From Macrostomum lignano (taxonomy: Eukaryota): a DNA stretch of 64,000 bases. Numbering within the stretch: the first letter of the stretch is position 1; each line of letters starts with the position of its first letter. The DNA is taken from the NCBI GenBank assembly GCA_002269645.1, contig NIVC01000292.1:248001-312000 (forward strand). The letters run 5' to 3'. Below the pieces are notes generated by a model. That model did no database searches. It worked only from the letters and a program-made list of their open reading frames with translations, and was not told the origin of the DNA. The position numbers and the translations under genes were made by a program. Below are positions 1 through 54,643 of this stretch, piece after piece.

Positions 1-76
1 GACTGACTGACTGACTGACTGACTGACTGACTGACTGACTGACTGACTGACTGACTGACTGACTGACTGACTGACT
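1..76. repeat. (GACT)n microsatellite, truncated by the window edge
   Basis: Perfect 4-bp period. Confidence 0.98.
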
Positions 77-131
77 CCCCAATCCCACTGCAGCCAGGGC
101 CACAGGCGATGCCAGTCACTGCAGGGGAGTC

Positions 132-22375
<22,244 letters not shown>

Positions 22376-23252
22376 CGACGGGACGCCGGACGACAAGCGA
22401 TGCTCAAACTCCCGATCCGGCATGAAAACTTGCTCGCGCTTTGCGTCTGAAATAACAAAACATTTCCTAGAGAGTCTTCATGATCTACTTGACGTGTGCG
22501 CTAAAAAACATTGTCAGTTATTTTTGCCTCACCCACCCTAGATTCCCCAGCCGACAGCAAGGAGTCTCCAATCACTGCTCTTGCCACACTGCATTCCAGC
22601 ACCCGCATCAGCACACCTGGCTGGTGACTCTGTCACCTTCAGTCTGTTATTAACTGTAATCAATCTTTATTTATACTACTCAAGATTAGCGAAGCACTTC
22701 CTAAGCTGGTGTCTTTTTGAGCAAGGAACTCTCTTAATAATAACATTTATTGAAGATTTGAGTCGTCTGCGCACCAAGACCGCATTCTGCCCATCCAGAG
22801 CACACATCTCCTTCTGACTGTACATTTTTGTTCAGAGAGTAATCGTTGATAACTATCTCATTAACGAAAGACTCAACAACGTGAGCTGTGAGAAGGTCTC
22901 AAAAATTCCCCAAAAACCTGCGTTCACCGGGACTCCACAGCACAGATGCTACAAAAGCCAATTCAAAACCCGTTTGTTCACCATGCTGGCAGTGCAAGCA
23001 GCAATCTGTCAGCTAGTTTATTATTAATCGAGTTGCCTCTTTCGAAAAGGCAATGAAGGCTAAGAAATAAATAAACAACTGCAGCTGCAGCGCAAAGTAT
23101 TTTGTCTATTTTGATTCAAAACTGCATTGACTAACGGGTCTGTGAGTTCATTTCTGCCGTGTTAGAATGCTCCAAACTGATTAATTTCAATTCAATTTCG
23201 GGTAGAATGAATAAACTGTTAACTATTGAAACGTTGGAGCTGCTGGCTCCAT

Positions 23253-26200
23253 TCAGCTCTGCTTTGCAGCCTTTTCACTCGGGCTTAGCTCCGCCGCAAT
23301 CTCCTTCCAGACGGGGTCCAAACGTCGTTTGGTCGGCTTTGGCTTCGGCTTGCTGGGGTCCGCACTTTTGCGCTCCTTCGCTGGCTGCTCATTCGAGGCT
23401 GACAGACAGTGCCAGACCGCCAGCAGGGGGACGGGCAACACCGTCAGCCCTCTGATCAGCTCAATCAGCCACCACTCTGCCAGCGACCTGTGCAGCTGAC
23501 TCTCGCTGAGGTTCTGCAGCGGCCCGGTCATCACGGGGCTGAGCGGGTTTCCAGTCCAGGATGGTAAAGCGAACTTCACCGAGTCCGTGACCAAGACCAC
23601 CAAGCTCAGCAGCAGCAGCAGCGGAGTGTAGAAAAACCAGCAGAGCCGCCACCAGAAAGCCAGGCGGGAGAGCCGCTCGTTAACTGCAAAATATTCCAAT
23701 CAGTGATGGCGCGTCAAGAACTGAACCAGCTTCTCCAGAAGCTTCTCCAGAACGGAGAAGACCACAGTGCCAATTATACTCCCGCTCTGTTGCATCTTTC
23801 GCCTAATGATGCAAGCTCAGCCTCGAGAGAGTCAGTCTTGCATCTAACTAATGATGCAAGCTCAGTCTCGAGAGAGTCAGTCTTGTATCTAACTAATGAT
23901 GCAAGCTCAGTCTCGAGAGAGTCAGTCTTGTATCTAATGATGCAAGCTCAGTCTCGAGAGAGTCAGTCTTGTATCTAATGATGCAAGCTCAGCCTCGACA
24001 GAGTCAGTCTTGTATCTAACTAATGATGCAAGCTCAGTCTCGAGAGAGTCAGTCTTGCATCTAACTAATGATGCAAGCTCAGTCTCGAGAGAGTCAGTCT
24101 TGTATCTAACTAATGATGCAAGCTCAGTCTCGAGAGAGTCAGTCTTGTATCTAAATAATGATGCAAGCTCAGCCTCGAGAGAGTCTCTCTCGAGAGTCTT
24201 GTATCTAATGATGCAAGCTCAGTCTCGAGAGAGTCAGTCTTGTATCTAATGATTCAAGCTCAGTCTCGAGAGAGTCAGTCTTGTATCTAATGATTCAAGC
24301 TCAGTCCCGAGAGTCAGTCTTGTATCTAACTAATGATGCAAGCTCAGTCTCGAGAGAGTCAGTCTTGTATCTAACTAATGATGCAAGCTCAGTCTCGAGA
24401 GAGTCAGTCTTGTATCTAACTAATGATGCAAGCTCAGTCTCGAGAGAGTCAGTCTTGTATCTAATGATGCAAGCTCAGCCTCGAGAGAGTCAGTCTTGTA
24501 TCTAATGATGCAAGCTCAGTCTCGAGAGAGTCAGTCTTGTATCTAATGATTCAAGCTCAGTCTCGAGAGTCAGTCTTGTATCTAACTAATGATGCAAGCT
24601 CAGTCTCGAGAGAGTCAGTCTTGTATCTATCTAATGATGCAAGCTCAGCCTCGAGAGAGTCAGTCTTGTATCTAATGATGCAAGCTCAGCCTCGAGAGAG
24701 TCAGTCTTGTATCTAATGATGCAAGCTCAGCCTCGAGAGAGTCAGTCTTGTATCTAATGATGCAAGCTCAGCCTCGAGAGAGTCAGTCTTGTATCTAACT
24801 AATGATGCAAGCTCAGCCTCGAGAGAGTCAGTCTTGTATCTAACTAATGATGCAAGCTCAGTCTCGAGAGAGTCAGTCTTGTATCTAATGATGCAAGCTC
24901 AGCCTCGAGAGAGTCAGTCTTGTATCTAATGATGCAAGCTCAGCCTCGAGAGAGTCAGTCTTGTATCTAACTAATGATGCAAGCTCAGTCTCGAGAGAGT
25001 CAGTCTTGTATCTAACTAATGATGCAAGCTCAGTCTCGAGAGAGTCAGTCTTGTATCTAACTAATGATGCAAGCTCAGTCTCGACAGAGTCAGTCTTGTA
25101 TCTTACTAATGATGCAAGCTCAGCCTCGAGAGAGTCAGTCTTGTATCTAATGATGCAAGCTCAGCCTCGAGAGAGTCAGTCTTGTATCTAACTAATGATG
25201 CAAGCTCAGTCTCGAGAGAGTCAGTCTTGTATCTAACTAATGATGCAAGCTCAGCCTCGAGAGAGTCAGTCTTGTATCTAACTAATGATGCAAGCTCAGT
25301 CTCGACAGAGTCAGTCTTGTATCTAATGATGCAAGCTCAGCCTCGAGAGAGTCAGTCTTGTATCTAATGATGCAAGCTCAGTCTCGAGAGAGTCAGTCTT
25401 GTATCTAATGATGCAAGCTCAGCCTCGAGAGAGTCAGTCTTGTATCTAACTAATGATGCAAGCTCAGTCTCGAGAGAGTCAGTCTTGTATCTAACTAATG
25501 ATGCAAGCTCAGTCTCGAGAGAGTCAGTCTTGTATCTAACTAATGATTCAAGCTCAGTCTCGAGAGAGTCAGTCTTGTATCTTACTAATGATGCAAGCTC
25601 AGCCTCGAGAGAGTCAGTCTTGTATCTAATGATGCAAGCTCAGTCTCGAGAGAGTCAGTCTTGTATCTAACTAATGATGCAAGCTCAGTCTCGAGAGAGT
25701 CAGTCTTGTATCTAACTAATGATGCAAGCTCAGTCTCGAGAGAGTCAGTCTTGTATCTAACTAATGATGCAAGCTCAGTCTCGAGAGAGTCAGTCTTGTA
25801 TCTAACTAATGATGCAAGCTCAGTCTCGAGAGAGTCAGTCTTGTATCTTACTAATGATGCAAGCTCAGTCTCGAGAGAGTCAGTCTTGTATCTAACTAAT
25901 GATGCAAGCTCAGTCTCGAGAGAGTCAGTCTTGTATCTAACTAATGATGTTAGATGCAAGCTCAGTCTCGAGAGAGTCAGTCTTGTATCTAACTAATGAT
26001 GCAAGCTCAGTCTCGAGAGAGTCAGTCTTGTATCTTACTAATGATGCAAGCTCAGTCTCGAGAGAGTCAGTCTTGTATCTAACTAATGATGTTAGATGCA
26101 AGCTCAGTCTCGAGAGAGTCAGTCTTGTATCTAACTAATGATGCAAGCTCAGTCTCGAGAGAGTCAGTCTTGTATCTAACTAATGATGTTAGATGCAAGC

Positions 26201-29200
26201 TCAGTCTCGAGAGAGTCAGTCTAGGACTGCAAGCTCAGTCCGCCACCAATCTAGAAAATGAATGAAAATCTCACGGCCCAGGTGCTTGAATAGAACTGTG
26301 GCCCCGGCCGGTCCAAGGAAGCTCCAGAGGGCCGCCAGCTGCATGGTGAGCAGCAGAGCGCAGTTCCAGCCCCAGGAGCTGTACAAGAAGGTGTAGATAG
26401 CGGCGCCGCCATACTGAAAGCAGAGCGGCAGGCACAGCGCAATCAGCAGGCAGAACAGCAGCAGGTGGAGGACTCCCGTCCAGTTCTTCAGCCTCGGCCA
26501 AACATCCACCAGCGAGTCCACGCAGCAACAGAGGAAGGAGACGCAGTCGCAGACCTCGCCGACTGCGAAGCACAGCAGCGGGGCGACACTGAGTCCGGAG
26601 TTGATGGTGGACAGCACGTACGGCTGGATCTGCATGAGGATGTGCGAGTAGCCGAAGGCCTCCGGCTTCAACAGCATCGCCACGTCCGATTCCTTGCTGC
26701 TGACGCCAGCCTGAATGATCTCCTGGCAGAGGACGTGCAGCGAGTTGGCCAGGCAGTGCAGCGACAGGCTGACGAGGCTGGTGCCGATGAAGTTGTAGCC
26801 AAACGCGTTGGTCTTGGCCAGGTTGATGAGCTCCCCGGTGCTGCAGCCGGTGTTCCTGGGGAGTTTCGGGAGAGTTTTGGCGCCATCTGTGTGAGTTCTT
26901 GCCAGCAAAATCTATGGAGAGAGCAGAGACCGTTGCAGCTGCTCCAAGTCCTGGCTTGGCTAAGTTATTGGACAGCTCACCACATTACCAACTGAACAAC
27001 TCACCACATGACCAACTGAACAACTCACCACATGACCAATTTAACAACTCACCACATGACCAGCATTGTCGCGTCCACCCAAATGCTCAAATTGTTGGTC
27101 ACACTGAGGCCTTTGCTGCTCGAGACGAACTCCATCAGGCCAACAAAGAAGCTGCTTCCATCGCTGTGGCAAACTGTGATGATGCAGACCACGCCGAGGG
27201 AAGCCGTGCTCGCGACGCTAAGGAAGTGCAACCAGCTGCTCAGAGTTTTCGGCTCCACCATCAGCGTGAGCAGCAGGCAGCAGTAGGTCAGGGTGAACAC
27301 AAAGGTGAGCAGAGTCCAGTGTACCGGCTCCCCCATCGATGAGTCGACCCGGAAGCCGCGCCGCATTCTGCCAGTCAGCAGGTCGGTGGTGATCAGCTTC
27401 GGCCCGGCGAAATTCTCCGCAGCCTTTTCGGCGTCAACGATGCCGACCCGCTTCCACAGGTAGTGGTTTTTCAGCCCCTTCTCGCTGGAGTGCCGCTGCC
27501 GGTTCGCGTCGATCTCGCCGCAGATGCCCCAGTCGAGGTGAACTTCGTTCAGGCCGAGCTGCTGGCAGTCGCTGAGGTTGAGGTTCTTGTAAATTCGCTT
27601 CACAAAAAAGCCGCTCAGCAGAGGTGAGTTGCTGCTGTTGCTGCGCTCTCCCACGCTAAGCAGGCCGAGGCTCTCCAGCAGCACGATGGCCGTGTAGACA
27701 CCCTCGCTGGCCACCACCATGTTGAGCGCCGTGTGCAGCACGCTGACCAGCAGGATGGACAGTCCGAGACCTGAATGGGATTGCCAGGCCATGATCAGAT
27801 TCTAGTAGTTTCACTCTTCACCAGCTGGTGTTAACCGCTCTCTTGCGCAAGGATTTTGTCTGTAGGTTTCATAATTAATTAATTGATTACACCCGCCCTA
27901 ATGGGCGGATGTGCAACCGACAGCTCAGCCGCAGGTTTTGCGTGGCGCATGTGAAGGCTGCGTACGGCTGTTCAGTCCAAGGACTGGGGGGTCGCCACAC
28001 GCACCCTCATTTACCCCAGCTAATGCTGGCACCCATTTTAGAGCTGGGTGAACTGAAGCAATGCGGAGTTAAAGTTCCTAAGGAGGCTAAAACCCCTCAC
28101 TAGGCTACAACCCCTCACTAGGCTACAACCCCCTACAACTAGGCTACAACCCCCTCACTAGGCTACAACCCCTCACTAGGCTACAACCCCTCACTAGGCT
28201 ACAACCCCCTTTTCTAGGCTACAACCCCTCACTAGGCTACAACCCCCTACAACTAGGCTACAACCCCCTCACTAGGCTACAACCCCTCACTAGGCTACAA
28301 CCCCCTTTTCTAGGCTACAACCTCTCACTAGGCTACAACCCCCTACAACTAGGCTACAACCCCCTCACTAGGCTACAACCCCCTTTTCTAGGCTACAACC
28401 CCTCACTAGGCTACAACCCCCTCACTAGGCTACAACCCCCTCACTAGGCTACAACCCCCTTTTCTAGGCTACAACCCCTCACTAGGCTACAACCCCCTTT
28501 TCTAGACTACAACCCCTCACTAGGCTACAACCCCCTTTTCTAGGCTACAACCCCTCACTAGGCTACAACCCCTCACTAGGCTACAACCCCCTTTTCTAGG
28601 CTACAACCCCTCACTAGGCTACAACCCCTCACTAGGCTACAACCCCCTTTTCTAGGCTACTTTTTTGCCAAACCCAACTGCAGGTAGCTTTGTTTAAGCT
28701 TTGTTTAAGCTACATGCAGTTGGGTTGAAGCTACAAAAAACGAAGCTTATTAAATTCTAAATCAGCACCATGGAAAACCCCTGTACAGACGAAATTATGA
28801 TCCTATCAAAACTGCAGCTAATTTATCTACCTAAAGTTTCAAAAAAGTCCAGGATTTCGTCTGTGGATAAAATGAACACGTTCGAAGCCTGGTGCTGGAC
28901 CTTCACATTTCACACACTTCATAATCTCAGTCAGCTACCTGCTGAGACCTACTGCTAACTAAGAGTAGACCTGAGAGTCTCGCTACTCGTCACCAAGCAC
29001 CCTCAGCCGAGCTCGGCACCAACCTCGGATCGCCGGGTTGAAGCTCCAGCAGCGCAGCGGGCCGAAGCGCGAGTGCTGGCCCACTGCAGCCAGCAGGATG
29101 ACTGTCGGCAGGCCGAACGCCGCCATGACAGTGAAGTAGGCCACGGAGAAGGACAGGCCGCCGTACTTGCAGCAGTAGCTAAAGTACATGTACAAGCCGG

Positions 29201-29390
29201 AGTTGCGGAACAGGCGCGAGTAGAACCCGAGCGAGAATCGGAGCGGGTGCCGCCAGGCCTTGCTCTCGGACACGTTCGCCTGCCACAGCTGCTCGCAGGT
29301 GCAGTGCCGGCTGTCGGCGGAGGTCTCGTGCTTCATTGGCTGGTAGTTCCTGGCATCGACTGGGCCAAAGTCGTCCTGACTGCTCTGCAT
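23253..29390 (-). CDS. Highly divergent SLC6 (neurotransmitter:sodium symporter)-fold membrane protein, ~698 aa, 4 exons
   Basis: Exons 29390-29024, 27770-27053, 26855-26275, 23683-23253 (2097 nt; phases 1, 2, 1). SLC6 landmarks: CCKYGGLSFSVAYF..FGLP..LLAAVGQHSRFGPLRCW..P.IRGGLG; IW.DA...W.TGC.TG.LI..N.F..N across the exon 2/3 junction; GG..IY; WWRLCWFFYTPLL; P.W. Confidence 0.8.
23810..26232. repeat. 45/41-bp minisatellite, ~55 copies, in SLC6-like intron 3
   Basis: ATGCAAGCTCAGTCTCGAGAGAGTCAGTCTTGTATCTAA(CTAA)TG. Confidence 0.97.
27890..28090 (-). mobile_element. CORE-SINE-like fragment (head missing)
   Basis: The minus strand reads TCCTTAGGAACTTTAACTCCGCATTGCTTCAGTTCACCCAGCTCTAAAATGGGTGCCAGC, resembling the CORE domain as I recall it. 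Confidence 0.55.
28095..28660. repeat. 19-21-bp minisatellite (CTAGGCTACAACCCC + variable tail)
   Basis: Visible period with three tail variants. Confidence 0.92.
28671..28726. other. Inverted repeat, 20-bp arms (19/20), 16-nt loop
   Basis: AACCCAACTGCAGGTAGCTT (28671-28690) versus AAGCTACATGCAGTTGGGTT (28707-28726). Confidence 0.85.
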
Positions 29391-29696
29391 GATGCTGGTC
29401 TGACTGAATAATAACAGAGCTCGCTTGTCTTGGCTGAGGTTTCAAGTTCTAGAGCTTCTGTCCCTGCTGTAGAGGTTTTGGTCATAGACATATCGGAAAG
29501 TGATGCCGCTACGGAGATTTCAGTGCTCTGTGGTTTACGTTGTTCAGTGAAGTATTTGAAGTTTCAGTGAAGTTGACTTTCTAGACTAGGTTTGGAAGCT
29601 CTGAGAGCTAGAGAATAGGTTCACAACATCCGTAACTTCAACGTAACTTCCTACTTATCAGTAGCAGTTAGTAGCAACTAGTGCACATTTAAAATA

Positions 29697-29990
29697 TGAC
29701 CTGGAGCACCAGGAGGTACTCCGAGGAGCTCCTTGTGTTATTCTACTGGATCTTATCCATCAGTGCCTAATGCTTGAGCAGGATGTCATCTGCCTCCCAT
29801 CTGATCACACGCTATCAGCTTCAAAGCTGTCACAGATGGAGAAGGTCGTGATCCTGGTCATCGACAATATCTACATGTACACCGCAAGTTGCCGTCATTC
29901 ACAGACGAAGCAACAGGCAAACCTGTGTTTGTGCTGTTCGATCCGGTGCACAACTTGAAAAAAAAAATCGACAACTTTCAAAGTCAAGGA
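29697..29990 (+). mobile_element. Decayed P-element/THAP9-like transposase remnant
   Basis: Collinear fragments with stops, frameshifts and deletions: RRYSEELLVLFYWILSIS, LEQDVICLPSDHTL, EKVVILVIDNIY, GKPVFVLFDPVHNLK. The order and motifs are typical of Tnp_P_element proteins. Confidence 0.7.
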
Positions 29991-30363
29991 GTCTGATCCA
30001 TCTCCCTCCCTCTCCGGCTCTTGTAATTATTCTCAAACAAGTTTGTTCAGAGCCTGGCCCTAATTCAATATTTTTCTCTATTATTGCCTTATATTCTCAT
30101 CATAAAGCTGAATTATTGTACTGTCTCCAAACTAACAGCAATGTCTCCAAACTAATCGCTTTTGCACGCTGTTGGTGTTTAAAACCCTCATAACATCCTT
30201 GTTGCTCATATAGCTGCGAATGGCTGCCACACTAATGGTGTGGGGAGCCTGCAGTCTAGTTATGTTATTTTAAGAAGTACCTGGTCAGTCACTTACTGAG
30301 TCACCCACACTGCACCAGTCACTCACTGAGTCACCCACACTGCACCAGTCACTCACTGAGTCA

Positions 30364-30422
30364 CGTGCTGGAGATCCTCAACCTGAGCACCAAGCTCTGC
30401 ACCAAGCACTCGGTGAGTACTT
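30364..30422 (+). pseudogene. Displaced copy of an ARHGEF17-like exon end plus 5' splice site
   Basis: 56/59 identical to 46553-46611. The cognate intronic (TCTG)n resumes at 34242 after the LINE. Confidence 0.9.
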
Positions 30423-34550
<4,128 letters not shown>

Positions 34551-34569
34551 AGTTTCCCAAGCAACCTAA

Positions 34570-34713
34570 CCACCCCTCATCACTCAGGCCACATCCCTGG
34601 CTCTGATGCTGCTGCTCATCTGCGCTCTCCACACGGAGGTGAACACTCCGCGCTGCTTGTACGAAGACTACTTCAGAGATGAGCCTTCGAACCGGGAGAA
34701 GAAGATCAACTAA
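34570..34713 (+). mobile_element. Possible C-terminal remnant of the same P/THAP9-like transposase
   Basis: LITQATSLALMLLLIC...EKKIN* loosely resembles the QT..AL..Y...EKKI region of THAP9-like transposases. The match is weak and by eye only. Confidence 0.35.
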
Positions 34714-35851
34714 CACGCTTGCAAATTTATCCCCTATTGGGGCTGGGATTGCTCCATGTTGGGTTGCAAATGGGTTGGTTGCGAAGTTGTTGAATTTTTG
34801 AGCTGTTTAGTCGGTAAATATACTGCTTGTCTGTTACGGCACTCATCAAGTGCTTATTTTCATATTCCAAACCGGTTTTGCATTCGATCTGCAACTCAAG
34901 ATTCCCAAATACTCGGGGCTCCTACTTCTCGACCAGACACAAAAGTGTGCAGCTGGGAATTTAAATGCTCCATACGACAAACCGACATACGACATACGAC
35001 AATTTACTAAGTTTAACTCTTATAAACCAGAGTTTTGAAAGTGATTCGGAGGCCAGCTGGTCACCCCTGATGATTCAGTAGATGGGTTTGAAGCTGACCA
35101 GCTCTCCACAACTTTTTCAAGAAAATGCTGATGTTTGATCAGCACCAAATTCAACTAAAAACTGCCCCTTCAACAATTTTTTTCTTCAATACTGTATCCA
35201 AATTGACTACGAGGATTTGAAGAACCACGGAGTATCAGAACAATGGAAATTTTATTAACCCCTGTAGGTTAAAGATCGACAATTACGAATTCGCGGATCC
35301 AAAAACTACTGATAGTAGTCTCTTGTATTCGTAATTATCAGCTCATATCGGATCAGAAGCCAGCGAACGCCCAGCCTAAATGCGGTCTGTTCGATCACTT
35401 CGTTCAATGCAATTCTAAGCCAATTTTATGGCCTTTTTATGGCGACATTCAGGCGCTAATTTTGACCCCCGGTCAGGATTGAGACCCGGGGGGGCGGGAT
35501 TGGCCGGCTCTCTGAGGCCTCAGAGCTGCTGGATAAAACTTGCCAACCAGAAAGTCGGCCTGTTTCGTCAACCCCTCCGGGTCACGTGACCCCTGCTCTT
35601 GAGCCCAAGACTTTTATGGCCAGCTGAAAGTCCCTGGCCCGTGCGTGCGTGACTCAGGTGGCCGGGCGGGATCGATTGCCGTTGATTTGGCACATTTTTG
35701 TTCCTTCGCTGGACAAGAGCTGCGGGCCTGGTACAGTCTGGCCAGGTGAACCCTGTCAAGCCTCTGTGTTTGTTAATTAGCAATAACATTATGGGGCCGC
35801 AGTTTCAATATTGACCAAACTGCAGCCAGCACACCGCCCTGGACTTTATCA

Positions 35852-35918
<67 letters not shown>

Positions 35919-36259
35919 TCTGCCCGCCCTCAATAGCTGATAAGGAGAAGCGAGCGGGACATGGCGAGATGGAGGGGCAGAGGAGGGGTGGGCGGGCAGC
36001 CAATGGGATCAGTTCGGCGTCACTGCGGACTTCGGGCGCCGGCATTCCAATCCGTGTACGGCTCCGCTTTCCCTGCCTCCTTCACCGACCTCTCCCTCCT
36101 CTGTGCTGAAAGCCGGGAGCGGAACGGAAAACCAGCGGAAGCAAATTGCGGCAGCAATCGAAGCCCGGACCATTGAAGAAGATCGTCGCCGCCAACACCG
36201 CAGAGGTTGAACACGAAAGCAGAAGATCTTCTCTTGTTAGCAGCAGAGGCAGTGCAACT

Positions 36260-53386
<17,127 letters not shown>

Positions 53387-53744
53387 AATTTGTTCTGCTC
53401 TACGAATACACTGCTGACACCGACACTTGTCCAATGTACAGCCGCTTCTGTCACTCGCTGCCACTAGATATCTTCGACCTTCATTGTATTCTTCAGAATG
53501 CGACAATTTTTAGATTCCCCCAATGGCGTAAATGCAGTGACGTCATGCTTTACTTCTGCAAATTATCATAAACTTTAATTGGCTTGAAGTTGCAGTCTAA
53601 GTGACTCTACAGTATCGGTTGTCTGCTCGAGTAGCTCATACTACTCAAAGTATTCAATGAGATGCATCAGACTGTTTCTATTGAGTTCAATTCGCTATTT
53701 GCTGTCTCTGGGGTTGTTTTAATTTAAATAAGCTAGATGGAGCC

Positions 53745-54305
53745 TGGTCAGAGTGACGTCTTGGTCAGAGTAGAGTGACGTCTTGGTCAGAGTAGAGGGA
53801 CGTCTTGGTCAGAGTAGAGTGACATCTTGGTCAGAGTAGAGTGACATCTTGGTCAGAGTAGAGTGACATCTTGGTCAGAGTAGAGTGACATCTTGGTCAG
53901 AGTAGAGTGACATCTTGGTCAGAGTAGAGTGACGTCTTGGTCAGAGTAGAGTGACGTCTTGGTCAGAGTAGAGTGATATTTGGTCAGAGTAGAGTGACGT
54001 CTTGGTCAGAGTAGAGTGATATTTGGTCAGAGTAGAATGACTTCTTGGTCAGAGTAGAGTGATATTTGATCAGAGTAGAGTGACATCTTGGTCAGAGTAG
54101 AGTGACATCTTGGTCAGAGTAGAGTGATATTTGGTCAGAGTAGAGTGATATTTGGTCAGAGTAGAGTGACATCTTGGTCAGAGTAGAGTGACGTCTTGGT
54201 CAGAGTAGAGTGACATCTTGGTCAGAGTAGAGTGACGTCTTGGTCAGAGTAGAGTGACGTCTTGGTCAGAGTAGAGTGATATTTGGTCAGAGTAGAGTGA
54301 CATCT
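53745..54305. repeat. 22-bp minisatellite (GTCAGAGTAGAGTGACRTCTTG), ~25 copies
   Basis: Visible 22-bp period. Confidence 0.96.
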
Positions 54306-54385
54306 GTTCAGATTGACTTGTGAACTACAATCAGCTTTTTTCAAAGCAAATTTCGCGAGTTTACAATTAGAAATTTACGATATAA

Positions 54386-54399
54386 AATAAAATTTTATT
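54386..54399. terminator. Palindromic two-way poly(A) signal AATAAAATTTTATT
   Basis: Perfect 14-bp palindrome giving AATAAA on both strands between two convergent genes. Confidence 0.5.
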
Positions 54400-54643
54400 G
54401 TTATATATTTAATTATTGAACCCCAGTCGAACCTCAGTATGGACAACAGGAGAGTATAAATATTCTACTATATAAATATATCAAATATTGAAAGTGAGTC
54501 TACATTCAACAGAGTGCAGTTTGACAATGCGGGTACGGTCGCTTTCACAGTTACAACTGAGCACTTTTCGGACAGTACAGTACGCTGTAGTTTTGGCTTT
54601 AGAAAGTACATCAGAGGTCAAGCACCTGGCTGGCCAAAGCTGG

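Noticed and set aside
23810-26232. Regular 41-45-bp arrays (also 2262-3123 and 54910-55520) as CRISPR-like arrays
   Set aside because: The units are head-to-tail without unique spacers, there are no cas genes, and the context is eukaryotic.
29481-29491. CATAGACATAT as the left TIR of the P-like element
   Set aside because: I found no inverted partner or TSD downstream.
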